Positions 28,910 to 38,507 of a stretch of DNA of 64,000 bases are shown here, piece after piece. Below the pieces are notes generated by a model that ran no database searches, was not told the DNA's origin, and saw only the letters and a program-made list of their open reading frames with translations. The position numbers and the translations under genes are program-made. Numbering within the stretch: the stretch's first letter is position 1; every line of letters starts with the position of its first letter. The DNA is from a virus: IMG/VR virus record IMGVR_UViG_3300020187_000010; one strand, given 5' to 3'.

Positions 28910-28988
28910 CTCAATAGGGTACTATTATACCACCACTCTATGTATCACACAACCCCTTTTTTAGAACATTTTGTTATATGCATATAAC
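28899..28988 (-). promoter_or_regulatory. Early promoter cassette, copy 2
   Basis: TTGTGT-N17-TATAAT; perfect 16-bp palindrome GTTATATGCATATAAC at 28973-28988. Confidence 0.7.
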
Positions 28989-29049
28989 TTTTTCGAATAT
29001 GGAACGAGAGTGGGATACTATATTGGGTAGGTGAACCCACCCCTTGGTA

Positions 29050-29253
29050 CTATAATCCAATGAGACCCCACCCATGATTCGCTATAGCATTGAGGATGAT
29101 AAAGATACAAGTCGCCATATGAGTACACCACCACACAGTCCTAATGCCAGCAACAGTATTAGCTTGGGTATCAGTTTCTCCGACCTTTTCACCTAGACTC
29201 TTCGCCCATATTCTCCACCACTTATGTATCATACAAACCCAAATATTGGTCAA
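29050..29253 (-). CDS. Small membrane protein
   Basis: WRIWAKSLG.K...D..AN.VA.IRT plus hydrophobic C-terminus. Confidence 0.6.
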   Translation of the reverse strand: MTNIWVCMIHKWWRIWAKSLGEKVGETDTQANTVAGIRTVWWCTHMATCIFIILNAIANHGWGLIGL

Positions 29254-29509
29254 CTCTACTTATTACTTCTAAGTTAAACTCCGCTACATCACGTTCACTA
29301 AGCAACTTTTCTTTCTGTGCTTGGATGCCAATACCTATTTTATTATAATCATTAATGACGCATTCATACTTACCACCACGCCACATCTCTTCAACAACAC
29401 ATGCTTCACACGCATCATGTAGGTTATCATAAACACCGACTACGTAGGAGTGATTTTCTCTATCACCCCAACGTAATGCTTCAACTACATAATATTCGGT
29501 CATCTTCAT
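29222..29509 (-). CDS. Hypothetical protein
   Basis: Contiguous ORF in early operon. Confidence 0.6.
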   Translation of the reverse strand: MKMTEYYVVEALRWGDRENHSYVVGVYDNLHDACEACVVEEMWRGGKYECVINDYNKIGIGIQAQKEKLLSERDVAEFNLEVISRVDQYLGLYDT

Positions 29510-29698
29510 TTAACCTTCTCTCAAGAATTGCCTAACAACAATCTGGTTCTGCACTACTTCTTTCATGTAGCTGTAGTTGGGATGATTCTTATAGAGGGTC
29601 TCGAACTGTTCCATGATAGTTTCGTTTGTTGCACCCATGTAGACCAACGGGTCTACGAACTCTTGAACTTCTAATACTAACGTACTCATTGCAGACAT
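29510..29698 (-). CDS. Hypothetical protein
   Basis: GAGG SD; first gene after a sigma70 promoter. Confidence 0.6.
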   Translation of the reverse strand: MSAMSTLVLEVQEFVDPLVYMGATNETIMEQFETLYKNHPNYSYMKEVVQNQIVVRQFLREG

Positions 29699-29724
29699 AA
29701 TACTTTCCTCAGTTATCTTAGATA

Positions 29725-29763
29725 ATTATATAGTATTTCTGTAGGTAAGGCAACATATAAATA
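29725..29763. promoter_or_regulatory. Back-to-back sigma70 (-) and late (+) promoters
   Basis: TTGCCT-N17-TATAAT on - (29725-29753); TATAAATA on + (29756-29763). Confidence 0.7.
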
Positions 29764-29791
29764 AAAGAAAATGAAAAATAAAGGTATAAAT

Positions 29792-30055
29792 ATGAGTGAC
29801 GACATTTTTGATTTCGGTTTCACTATAGTTGACGAGGATGAACTGGATGCGGTTCAAGAGGCGCAGACAGCTGCCAATGAAAATTCTACGACTGTTAGCG
29901 AACTCGAAAAACGTTTAGACAATCTGTTCAATGCGGTACAACCTCTACTAAACAACTTGAAACAGAATCCCCAGAAAGATTATATTCTGTGGCCTAATCG
30001 TCTTGAGAAAATAGAACAATTCGAAGACCATATACAAAACATTTATAAAGGGTAA
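29792..30055 (+). CDS. Hypothetical late protein (coiled coil)
   Basis: MSDDIFDFGFT.VDEDEL...PLL.NLK.NP.KDYI.WPNR..KI. Confidence 0.7.
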   Translation: MSDDIFDFGFTIVDEDELDAVQEAQTAANENSTTVSELEKRLDNLFNAVQPLLNNLKQNPQKDYILWPNRLEKIEQFEDHIQNIYKG

Positions 30056-30058
30056 CCC

Positions 30059-30934
30059 ATGTATTATAGGACAGCAAACGAGCTCGTTATCAATTCACCT
30101 AGAGTGAACAGTACATCTATGAGTAGATATATTCACCGTGACATGAAAAAGGATGTGTGGGGTAGACTCAACTTTCTGATAGGGGGCGAAGTTAGAAAAA
30201 ACGATCTGAACCTGAGATGGCATGACGCGGATGCAAATACTGTCAATGACGTGTTTAACTATGTCCCTATGATATTAAACTATATCGCACTAAAGGGTTA
30301 CCGTAAGATACTGTTTGTCGGTCATTACAATTCGGCACAGACTAGTTGGACATTCCAACGTGGTAGTGATCGCCAGATACATAAGACTCCTTCAGTGAAG
30401 TCTCTCGAAGATACTATGGTAGATCCTAATGTATGGACACAGTTTATTCCCATTGTTAAGATGGAATACAAATATAACATAGAAATGCATACTGTAGTAC
30501 CAACCGAACTCAGACATAGAAAATTGATGCACTCTTTATATAAAAGATATGAAATCGATTTGATACCGGCAGATAAACAATACAAAGGTGGCCAAGAAAC
30601 CCTTGGACTAACACCACCACCAGATACATCATATGATTGTGTTATACTTGCAGGTGTTCCTAAAGAGACCGAAGATACTGCTTTCACTTATCATCATGTG
30701 AAATCAGTATTCGCACCGTACTGTGATGAATCTTTTGATATAATAGATATCAATTATCAAGACCCAGACAAAGCAAAGTATATTGAAGGCGCGATAGAAG
30801 AGAATAGTGAATGGTTGAATCAGGTGTTTGTGAACCGTTCTATTTGGGACAGTAAGTTCAGAGAAATGTCAGAAGAGGATCGTGCCATTGAATATTCGAT
30901 ACTCAATGACATGATCCGGTGTCACAAAGGTTAG
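30059..30934 (+). CDS. Hypothetical protein
   Basis: 291-aa ORF; no confident motif. Confidence 0.65.
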   Translation: MYYRTANELVINSPRVNSTSMSRYIHRDMKKDVWGRLNFLIGGEVRKNDLNLRWHDADANTVNDVFNYVPMILNYIALKGYRKILFVGHYNSAQTSWTFQRGSDRQIHKTPSVKSLEDTMVDPNVWTQFIPIVKMEYKYNIEMHTVVPTELRHRKLMHSLYKRYEIDLIPADKQYKGGQETLGLTPPPDTSYDCVILAGVPKETEDTAFTYHHVKSVFAPYCDESFDIIDINYQDPDKAKYIEGAIEENSEWLNQVFVNRSIWDSKFREMSEEDRAIEYSILNDMIRCHKG

Positions 30935-31803
30935 TTCCAGTCTACGTTCTTAGGTACATAACCTGCGATCTTAGAACGAATCTCTTTATCTAATTTGTCA
31001 ACGGGAGTAGGTGGTTTACCTGCTCTCTTGACATAGAAGTAGTTTGCGTCTTTGACGTATGAACCACCCTTACCAGACTTCGCCAGATTCGCATCTACAC
31101 CAACTTTGTTGAATGCGAATACGATATCCCCATCCATATACTTCTTGAGTTTGTTACCCATGTTGATGATATCACCCATAGTGTTAGCTGCACCACGGTG
31201 AGTGTTAACAAGAATCTCGGTAGGTACAACACGTGCACGTTTCGCATTCTGTGCCTTCGCAACTTCGATATCATTCACAACCCATACGATATGGATGTTC
31301 TTTTTATCGTAACCTAACTTAGACGCATCGTTCGCAACCTTCTCCAACTTAGACAATTCCTTGAAGGTCATGTCGAAGATGATGTTTGGTTTACGATCAG
31401 CAGGCGCGGTCAATACTGAACGATAGAATAACTTCTCTTTGTTCTTATCAGTCTTTAGATAGATACCAATGATTTCGTGTAGTTTCTCTACATTCTTAGG
31501 ATCTTTCAGGTTCTGTGACAATTTAAAAATATCCACACCGAGTTCATCCATGACTCGTTTCTGGATCGCAGGTGTCTTAGCTGCAAGTTTCTTCAACTCA
31601 TCCACATCGAAAGTCTTTCCTTCGATACCTACCAGATTACTCAGAATGAATCCTTTACCAGAACCCGCACCACCGGCCATGATAACAATGTTACCAAACT
31701 TAGGGTATGCTTTACCACCAAAGGTAATGAGTTTTTCAAGTAACGCTTCCGATTCTTCTGAAAGGAAGGTCTCTTCTTTTAAGAATGTGTTAAAAGATTG
31801 CAT
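30931..31803 (-). CDS. P-loop kinase (PNK/zeta-toxin/AAA_33-like) with capsid-targeting-like leader
   Basis: GGAGSGKG Walker A, DVD, IIFDMT, A..QNAKRARVVP lid; N-terminus MQSFNTFLKEE. Confidence 0.75.
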   Translation of the reverse strand: MQSFNTFLKEETFLSEESEALLEKLITFGGKAYPKFGNIVIMAGGAGSGKGFILSNLVGIEGKTFDVDELKKLAAKTPAIQKRVMDELGVDIFKLSQNLKDPKNVEKLHEIIGIYLKTDKNKEKLFYRSVLTAPADRKPNIIFDMTFKELSKLEKVANDASKLGYDKKNIHIVWVVNDIEVAKAQNAKRARVVPTEILVNTHRGAANTMGDIINMGNKLKKYMDGDIVFAFNKVGVDANLAKSGKGGSYVKDANYFYVKRAGKPPTPVDKLDKEIRSKIAGYVPKNVDWN

Positions 31804-31837
31804 TTAAATTATGTTCCCGAATGTTATTTTATAAGTG

Positions 31838-31845
31838 TATTTATA
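31838..31845 (-). promoter_or_regulatory. T4-type late promoter TATAAATA
   Basis: Exact motif upstream of the P-loop kinase. Confidence 0.75.
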
Positions 31846-31990
31846 CAAAACAGGCAATCAAGAATGCAACACCACACCAAATAAGTACGTTGGGTCGGAA
31901 CTCCCAAACAGTTTTAAAATCAACACAAGTGTACTTTATAAACTCACCGAACTTTTTACTGATTTCTATCACATCATCTATACTAGGCAT
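31841..31990 (-). CDS. Small protein with hydrophobic C-terminus (49 aa, not in ORF track)
   Basis: MPSIDDVIEISKKFGEFIKYTCVDFKTVWEFRPNVLIWCGVAFLIACFV; TAATG coupling to the upstream gene. Confidence 0.55.
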   Translation of the reverse strand: MPSIDDVIEISKKFGEFIKYTCVDFKTVWEFRPNVLIWCGVAFLIACFV

Positions 31991-32619
31991 TATTTTTTCT
32001 CCACAACTATTTTGACATTATCCCCTACAGGGAATTTCAGTTTACTATGACTATGATACAGGAAAAACGTGGTCTTGTCAAACTCTTCGAACATCTTTGT
32101 CCAAATAGGTCTCCAGTTATTTGCGAGACGATGTGTGTTCTGTGAACTTCGATCTGATTCTAATAACAAGTCAGTATAACTACGGAGACTTGTATCGAAC
32201 ATGGAATCGAATCCGTAGATGTGGACTTCAGTCGCCTTCTGTACACGACATGCGTAGTCTACTGCCATATGACCACACGAGTAATTTGTCGCAGCCTGTG
32301 CTTCGTTCTGTCCTTGTAGTTTCGCATAAGACGGGATATGTGTGTGCATTGCCTTGATCTTCTGCGCATACTTCAGATAGAATGCGGGTTGCATTTCCAT
32401 CCAGTGACGTGGACGGGTACCCAATATCCAATCATACATATCCAATTTGATATGACCATTGGCGAGTGCTAACATCATCTTATAGTCAACCATACAAGTA
32501 GCGAACACTTCATTGTTCGGAATCTCGAATGGGGGCATATTGCAGATCAGGAGTTTACCTTCGGTACCTCTTTCGAACCGAAAGGCATTATCACCATTGC
32601 CTAAGATATTCCATCTCAT
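31990..32619 (-). CDS. Putative glycosyltransferase-like protein (Maf/GT29/GT42-type Rossmann fold)
   Basis: ILGNG...ICN...D; SCGHMAV..A...EVHIYGFD pattern. Confidence 0.5.
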   Translation of the reverse strand: MRWNILGNGDNAFRFERGTEGKLLICNMPPFEIPNNEVFATCMVDYKMMLALANGHIKLDMYDWILGTRPRHWMEMQPAFYLKYAQKIKAMHTHIPSYAKLQGQNEAQAATNYSCGHMAVDYACRVQKATEVHIYGFDSMFDTSLRSYTDLLLESDRSSQNTHRLANNWRPIWTKMFEEFDKTTFFLYHSHSKLKFPVGDNVKIVVEKK

Positions 32620-33044
32620 GCTTCGAATCCATGTTCTTCAATTAATATTTTACGATTACGCAAATGTTCATCTTCGATATCATCCTTGGATTGTCCGTGG
32701 TACGCAACCGCAAGATGGTCTCGAATCATAATCTCATTAACGGTCATTTGTCGGTCGGTTTTTGCGTCATAGACGAGGAACTCTCCGAGGATTCGGCCGT
32801 ACTTTCCTTTACTGTCGAGTCTTGTACGGAGGACAGATGTTTCTCCCAGTGACTCCGCAAGGAATCTGGAGGCGAGTTTACCAAACTTTTTCTCGATAGG
32901 GTCACGAGTACGAGACTCGGGAGTATCAATACCGTATAGGCGAATACGCTGATTAGCATAAATGATACCGAAACCAAGATCAATATCGACATCCACAGTA
33001 TCACCATCAACAACTCTAACAATTTTGCAAGAATATTCATACAT
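32616..33044 (-). CDS. Staphylococcal nuclease (SNase)-like protein
   Basis: RVVDGDT.D, IRLYGIDTPE, GKYGRILG. Confidence 0.9.
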   Translation of the reverse strand: MYEYSCKIVRVVDGDTVDVDIDLGFGIIYANQRIRLYGIDTPESRTRDPIEKKFGKLASRFLAESLGETSVLRTRLDSKGKYGRILGEFLVYDAKTDRQMTVNEIMIRDHLAVAYHGQSKDDIEDEHLRNRKILIEEHGFEA

Positions 33045-33241
33045 TAAAAGTACCTCTCCAAAATCTCTAACTGTTCATGGTAGTCCGCAATGATCTTCAA
33101 CTCGTGTTCTATCGCTTCCATCACATCAGGATGTTCACCAATACCGGTAGGATTGGCCAAGTAAACTTCCACGTTCATTTTATGTTTGTTAATCTTACCC
33201 ACCGCATGGGATGTCAACGACTCAATTATCTGTTTTCTCAT
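33044..33241 (-). CDS. Small hypothetical protein
   Basis: H..N.EVYL.NP.GIGEHPD..EAI..EL. Confidence 0.7.
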   Translation of the reverse strand: MRKQIIESLTSHAVGKINKHKMNVEVYLANPTGIGEHPDVMEAIEHELKIIADYHEQLEILERYF

Positions 33242-33638
33242 TCTCTACAACCTCTGGTTCATCTGTATTCATAGTGCGATAGTATATCACAACTTCCTTC
33301 AGTTGATTTATATATCGTTTTATTTCCTGCATGTTATATGCCATCAACTCATAATCACCTACCGACATTGCAACAAAGACTAATTGTCCTTCGTGTCGTT
33401 TCGCAATATCTTCTAGAAAAGTGTCAATGTTCTTGTCACTGACCACATACCACCGAGGATCTTTGAGGTCAATCTGTCTAGGCATTGGGGGATGGATAAT
33501 AGGAACCTTTATCTCTACCGTCTTAATCTCTACTGGTATAGGTTCTGGTACTTTACCCCAGTTACCTAGTGTTGTACAACCACTACTTATCAGTGTTATC
33601 AATAACAGCAGTGTCGTTTTCGATACTGTCGAATACAT
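33222..33638 (-). CDS. Outer-membrane lipoprotein spanin (Rz1-like)
   Basis: Hydrophobic signal with lipobox ISSG-C, Pro-rich segment; overlaps the upstream i-spanin. Confidence 0.7.
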   Translation of the reverse strand: MYSTVSKTTLLLLITLISSGCTTLGNWGKVPEPIPVEIKTVEIKVPIIHPPMPRQIDLKDPRWYVVSDKNIDTFLEDIAKRHEGQLVFVAMSVGDYELMAYNMQEIKRYINQLKEVVIYYRTMNTDEPEVVENEKTDN

Positions 33639-33978
33639 CTTTAGTTCCTCGGTTGATTCTTGTTTCTATCAGAGTCGGTTTTGCAGCTGCAAGTCGTGAT
33701 AGGTTATGTCGTGCAAAGATTGCAAGGTATCGTTTAGACTCTGCCTCAATCTCTGCATTACGAGAGGACATCGCATTCAATGCTTCGGAAGTCTTCTGTA
33801 GGTTATTCTGTAACGCTTCTATCGTCTTTACTTGTTCTTGTTCACGTAACTCTTGTGCCGCAAGAAGTACCTGTTGTTGTACAACTTGACCCAACAAAGG
33901 TTTGTGTATGAACTGATAGAATCCTGCAAACGTGATACCCATACAAAGTATCACTCCTAATAATATTTTACTGAACAT
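33583..33978 (-). CDS. Inner-membrane spanin (Rz-like)
   Basis: N-terminal TM followed by a long coiled coil. Confidence 0.7.
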   Translation of the reverse strand: MFSKILLGVILCMGITFAGFYQFIHKPLLGQVVQQQVLLAAQELREQEQVKTIEALQNNLQKTSEALNAMSSRNAEIEAESKRYLAIFARHNLSRLAAAKPTLIETRINRGTKDVFDSIENDTAVIDNTDK

Positions 33979-34684
33979 CGTGCCACGCCTTCTTTATATA
34001 CGGTAAGTATTCCAATTCGTGTGGTTTTGGTTTACCACCACAATCCACAATCTTACAACCACTTGGAATATATTTAGGGAATATCCAATTACCCAAAACC
34101 TTACTACCAAGATGAAACTTCAGGTTGAGTTTGAGGTTTTGATTGAACTCTTCGTCCATATAGTAGATCTCAGAGTAACCGCCTGGTTTCCATTCTTCGA
34201 GTAGACGACCTGTCCATACTTGGTCACCCCCATCATAGTCAAACAGTCTCCAACTATCCAAGTTGAACAACTCCCAAACTTCCTGCATCTTACCACTTTT
34301 CAGAACCATCATCGAAGAACTGAACTTGTTATTTTTCCAACCAATAGCATCGGATACACATGCGACCTTAACAACTTCACTCTCTAGGGCAAGGATTGCC
34401 TCTCGTATCTCGTCATCAAAGTTCTTTATCAATACAGTGTCAATATCAAGATAGACAGCATATCCATCATAGAATGAATCATATGCTTTCATCTTATTCC
34501 ACCAACCTTTACCTGCACCAAAAGGTGGTTCGATGGTATTTGCGATATCCGAAATCTCATCTGGTCGGTCGGTGATGCACCACGCCTCCACTTTGTAACC
34601 ACTCAACTCTTTGAATCGAGTGATCAACTTACGTGCGTATACCATTGGGTATTGATCTGTACATACAGTAATTAAGTTAATCAT
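33968..34684 (-). CDS. GT-A glycosyltransferase (GT8-like)
   Basis: CITD, GWWNK, YLDID (DxD), SSSMM, GDQ.W, G.PKPH; start at MINLITV (34684). Confidence 0.75.
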   Translation of the reverse strand: MINLITVCTDQYPMVYARKLITRFKELSGYKVEAWCITDRPDEISDIANTIEPPFGAGKGWWNKMKAYDSFYDGYAVYLDIDTVLIKNFDDEIREAILALESEVVKVACVSDAIGWKNNKFSSSMMVLKSGKMQEVWELFNLDSWRLFDYDGGDQVWTGRLLEEWKPGGYSEIYYMDEEFNQNLKLNLKFHLGSKVLGNWIFPKYIPSGCKIVDCGGKPKPHELEYLPYIKKAWHDVQ

Positions 34685-35334
34685 GCGTCTACCAAGTGTA
34701 TCCCTTTTCCATAGTTGTGTTTTGCTAAACAACCCTGTTGATTCTGAATAGTACTGAAAGAATCATCGACCACTACAGGCCATGGGTAATACTCTTCTAA
34801 CCAAGGGAAGTTCATTATATTAAGATAGATGTCTGTGGGTCGAGAATAGTCAGAGACCTTTTCTAGAAACTCTTCTGCACCAGAAGGTCTGACAATATAA
34901 GAGTGTGCACCCTTAAAGTAATCTGCCTGTACTAACGGAGACGTACCTAGTGTCATCGGTGTCTTAAACTTACCGTAACTAGGTTGTCCAATTGTCACAC
35001 ACTTATGGAATCCAAACAATACCGGAACACGACCAGTGAATATTGCATCGTGTTCTAATATCATCACATCTTGTTTGGTCTCGACTGAATACTTCCATAG
35101 TGACATATGTGAAAGGAAACACGCAAGTGCATTCTCGGTCTTGGAATAACCGCCCTGAAACATATGAACCTGAAGACCCGCATCCTTGACCATAGACTCG
35201 AAGTCTGGATGTCTAGGTGTTACTGCATACCACTTCTCAACTTTGATACCGTATCGTTTGGCACTTGCAATACACCTATCCGCAGCTTGTTGGGATAGGT
35301 GATTGTCTTCAATCGTAATAACGAAAGACTTCAC
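34681..35334 (-). CDS. Glycosyltransferase family 25-like
   Basis: ACFLSH..LW.......ILEHDA, GAHSY...P.GA. Confidence 0.8.
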   Translation of the reverse strand: MKSFVITIEDNHLSQQAADRCIASAKRYGIKVEKWYAVTPRHPDFESMVKDAGLQVHMFQGGYSKTENALACFLSHMSLWKYSVETKQDVMILEHDAIFTGRVPVLFGFHKCVTIGQPSYGKFKTPMTLGTSPLVQADYFKGAHSYIVRPSGAEEFLEKVSDYSRPTDIYLNIMNFPWLEEYYPWPVVVDDSFSTIQNQQGCLAKHNYGKGIHLVDA

Positions 35335-35604
35335 TTATCCGTCCACTTTCAACCGGATAAATTCGTACTTAATAATCGCCATCTTCTTACCATCAATCTC
35401 TACTGGCATTGCTTCTGACCAATTACAATATACCTTATCACCTGCTGCAATCTCTTTCTTATTTGCAACTTCTAGTCCCATCGCAACAACACGAGCAGGT
35501 TTATTACCTGTCGTAATATCTGCGGAAAGAATCAGTCCACCGGCAGTAGTTGTTTCTTTTGCATCATCTTCTGTCAATAAAACATTATCGTGTAAAACTT
35601 TCAT
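35335..35604 (-). CDS. groES: Co-chaperonin GroES/Cpn10-like
   Basis: LHDNVLL, mobile loop ETTTAGGLIL, VVAMG, GDKV. Confidence 0.8.
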   Translation of the reverse strand: MKVLHDNVLLTEDDAKETTTAGGLILSADITTGNKPARVVAMGLEVANKKEIAAGDKVYCNWSEAMPVEIDGKKMAIIKYEFIRLKVDG

Positions 35605-35609
35605 TCAAA

Positions 35610-36323
35610 TCACCTTGTTGTTGTAGATACAGTTCCCTGCACCTTAGTATAATATGGATACACCACTCGTATCCAAGGAAATAATTCACGACACATATAC
35701 GCATCGTTGGGCCACATTCCATATTCCTTGACCTTCTCAAGTAACATAGATGCGCCATCTGGTTCTATATAGTATGCACTGTTACCTGCAATACCTTGGG
35801 GAGACATCTCGCCCGGATCGTTAATACGTGGTGCGGGTTGGACATCTGGTGTAGAAGCAACGATCTGGTGAAACAATCCTGCTCGTCTTGTCGCACCTCT
35901 AGGATCATTCAACCCAACCAGTTTATATCCTTCCACGTCACTGACATCAAACTTTCGAGTCATGAGGGCATCCGATTCAAATATAATTATAGGTTCGTTG
36001 ATAGTCAGACATAGATCCCATAGACGCATATGACTGATCGAACATGCCTCTTTTTTCTCTTGATTCGATGCGAGATACGCAGTCTTCATTATACCAGTCC
36101 GCAAATCCATGTGGTTTTCCGAAGGATCTTTGGGCCAGTTCCATCTATAGTTAGAAGTATTGAAAGACGTGAACTCTCGTTCTAGGTGAGACTGTATCGT
36201 CTTCGGTACAGTTCCCTCGAAGATGTTCAGATCGATATCACTTTCGGTCTTGACGATACTCTCAGACAACCTCTCAACTGACTTCTCTTGTCCATCAATT
36301 CTTATCACATATGCTTTAATCAT
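35610..36323 (-). CDS. Glycosyltransferase family 25-like
   Basis: ACSISH..LW..C....PI.IFESDA, AYYI.P.GA..L. Confidence 0.8.
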   Translation of the reverse strand: MIKAYVIRIDGQEKSVERLSESIVKTESDIDLNIFEGTVPKTIQSHLEREFTSFNTSNYRWNWPKDPSENHMDLRTGIMKTAYLASNQEKKEACSISHMRLWDLCLTINEPIIIFESDALMTRKFDVSDVEGYKLVGLNDPRGATRRAGLFHQIVASTPDVQPAPRINDPGEMSPQGIAGNSAYYIEPDGASMLLEKVKEYGMWPNDAYMCRELFPWIRVVYPYYTKVQGTVSTTTR

Positions 36324-36889
36324 TTTCTTTTACACACCACTACTCTACTTGAACCATGTTTAGCTGTCACGGTGAAGGCGACAACCTCTTCGAATCCTAA
36401 GTCATCTATAATCCCCAGAAACTCACCTTTACTTATCTGTAGGGGATCCATGCGAGATGAAACATTGTTGTCCCCAACCATCAACTCCACACAAAGAATA
36501 CCTTCCTCGGTCAGTTGATCTGTCCATGTCTTCAAACACTTTTCTGGATAGTAAGAATGATCGAATGAGTTAGAGTACAATATATCAAACTTACCAACCC
36601 ACTCTTCCTTTCTTTCATGAAAATCCCACTCAAACATATTAGAAAATTCATTCGCTGTCGGAGATATGTCGGTTCCTGTCACAGTCGCATCAGGGAAATA
36701 CTTAATAAACCATTCAACTTCTCTACCATTACGTGCACCGTGACACAATATATTCTTACTGTTGGGGTACATCTCGCACACCTTTTCAACAGTACTTTCA
36801 CTACACCAGACAGCGTGTAACTTTTGTTTGTTCGCTGCTATCTGTAGTTTTCGATACTCTTCGTAATTTTCATAATCATACAACTTCAT
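36320..36889 (-). CDS. Class I SAM-dependent methyltransferase-like protein
   Basis: ILCHGARNG, GTDIS, DFH, FDILYSNSFDH...P. Confidence 0.7.
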   Translation of the reverse strand: MKLYDYENYEEYRKLQIAANKQKLHAVWCSESTVEKVCEMYPNSKNILCHGARNGREVEWFIKYFPDATVTGTDISPTANEFSNMFEWDFHERKEEWVGKFDILYSNSFDHSYYPEKCLKTWTDQLTEEGILCVELMVGDNNVSSRMDPLQISKGEFLGIIDDLGFEEVVAFTVTAKHGSSRVVVCKRK

Positions 36890-37680
36890 ATCTTCTTCAT
36901 CAACTCTTCTACGTTCTCACCTTGATTTGGTAACAAGTCTTTTAGAAAGAAGTGTACAAAGTGACAATCTTCAATCTTAGTGTTTGCACCATATAAACCA
37001 TTCCACACATGACTCATCTTCTTGGTGGGTACATCATACTTCTTAATAAAGTAGTTGAGTAAAGTCTGGTCAGTTGACCACTTCCATGGCCCCAATCCAT
37101 CAACAAAGTCCTTGAACTCCATACGAGTAATAAACTGTTTTGCGGTCTGACCATTCAAGTATGGTTTGAAGTTCTTACAGTTTAACACAATCATACCCAT
37201 GTTGGCAAACTCATATCCAAGTGAGTTGGGAAAGAAATTTGCTACGTTGTAGTTTTGCAATTGTTCGTACTGCATACGAGAGTAGTTTTGAATCTTCTGT
37301 TTGTACTTGTCGGTGATAGGCATCTCACGTTCAATCACTGCACCGAATGCATCCTCTGTACCAAAGTCTTCGAAGATGTTTGGTGCGTCTGGTCGAATGT
37401 AGATGTCTGCATCAATGATTGCAATCTGGTCATACTCATCAAGTAAGTCAAATGCATTCTCTTTCTCATAGATAGGTAGAAACCCACCATGTTTCTGCCA
37501 ACTCTCGGTACTACGGTTACTTGTGAAAGGGTCTGGTTTGACCTTGAGGATAGGTGTACGTTGAATACGATGTTCGACACCATGACGGGTTGCGTACTCT
37601 GCAACACTTTCGATACATTTCGCATACAACTTAGAATCTATCTGTTTTCCCAGACAAACCTGATATATCAGTCTTTTCAC
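36886..37680 (-). CDS. GT-A glycosyltransferase (GT8/GT34-like)
   Basis: IIDADIY (DxD), NMGM, DQTLLN, WN, FVHF. Confidence 0.75.
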   Translation of the reverse strand: MKRLIYQVCLGKQIDSKLYAKCIESVAEYATRHGVEHRIQRTPILKVKPDPFTSNRSTESWQKHGGFLPIYEKENAFDLLDEYDQIAIIDADIYIRPDAPNIFEDFGTEDAFGAVIEREMPITDKYKQKIQNYSRMQYEQLQNYNVANFFPNSLGYEFANMGMIVLNCKNFKPYLNGQTAKQFITRMEFKDFVDGLGPWKWSTDQTLLNYFIKKYDVPTKKMSHVWNGLYGANTKIEDCHFVHFFLKDLLPNQGENVEELMKKI

Positions 37681-37865
37681 AACTCATCCTCATATGCCAA
37701 CATGGACACAATGGATGACCTTATAATGGCTTCGATTCGTTCATTGAGAGTATCATAGAATATGAACATCTCAGAATCTTTGCGTTTATTATAGTCGTCC
37801 ATTGGGTACCCAGTCAAGGTGAGTTCTGCGCCAGTACGATAGTGTTTGAATGTTATGTTATACAT
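37677..37865 (-). CDS. Hypothetical protein
   Basis: Small ORF contiguous in the operon. Confidence 0.55.
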   Translation of the reverse strand: MYNITFKHYRTGAELTLTGYPMDDYNKRKDSEMFIFYDTLNERIEAIIRSSIVSMLAYEDEL

Positions 37866-37868
37866 TGT

Positions 37869-38507
37869 CTAACTCTTGTTATGTTTGGTCGTAAATCCGA
37901 CAGAATAATCTTTTATATGTGAACACTTGTCATAATGAAAGTATCCATGCGCCTTACACACTTCCCAGATCCAACCATCAGAGTTGACTCTAATACGATC
38001 CTCGCTTATTCTTATTAACACCTTTGCAACATCTGGTGTTATATAATATGCACCACCCGCAAGAGATGTACGTCTCTCCTTGTGTATGTCTGGAGGATCA
38101 TGAGCCAAACACGCCATAGGTTTAGTGTATATTGAAGGTTGAATATTCATAACCAATTCAATATCATGTTCACACACTATCATAGGAGTGTCAGTATCAA
38201 TACATTTTTTCCAAAGATAGTAATGACCGTACCACACACACTTTTCAGAGACAGTGAACATTACACCATCCGGAGTGCTTTTACTATGTTTGTTCCCAAA
38301 GAGCAAATCAAAATGATCTTTGTAAGTCTCGGGTGTAACACCTTCGAAAAAATTAACATCGAACCCAGCTTTCAACCAAGAAGGTAATGCAAGTTTTCTA
38401 TAGTAATCGGAGATGGGATTCCCACTCATCACGATCATCCATACCGGTGGTTTAGAGTCATTCAAACTAAACGTTCCTATAATCATTAAGATCGAAAGAA
38501 GTTCCAA
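37869..38507 (-). CDS. Glycosyltransferase family 25-like
   Basis: EKCVWYGHY.LW.KC.....P..VCEHD, AYYITP..A..L; real start probably downstream (~38465). Confidence 0.7.
   Translation of the reverse strand: MELLSILMIIGTFSLNDSKPPVWMIVMSGNPISDYYRKLALPSWLKAGFDVNFFEGVTPETYKDHFDLLFGNKHSKSTPDGVMFTVSEKCVWYGHYYLWKKCIDTDTPMIVCEHDIELVMNIQPSIYTKPMACLAHDPPDIHKERRTSLAGGAYYITPDVAKVLIRISEDRIRVNSDGWIWEVCKAHGYFHYDKCSHIKDYSVGFTTKHNKS

Larger units (their letters stand above)
28592..28928. repeat. 30-bp exact direct repeat flanking one gene
   Basis: TTCTCTCTCATCTCAATAGGGTACTATTAT at 28592-28621 and 28899-28928. Confidence 0.9.

Noticed and set aside
28592-28988. Repeats as a possible CRISPR mini-array or att sites
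   Set aside because: Only two exact copies about 300 bp apart enclosing a gene; they coincide with promoter and leader elements; no cas or integrase gene seen.
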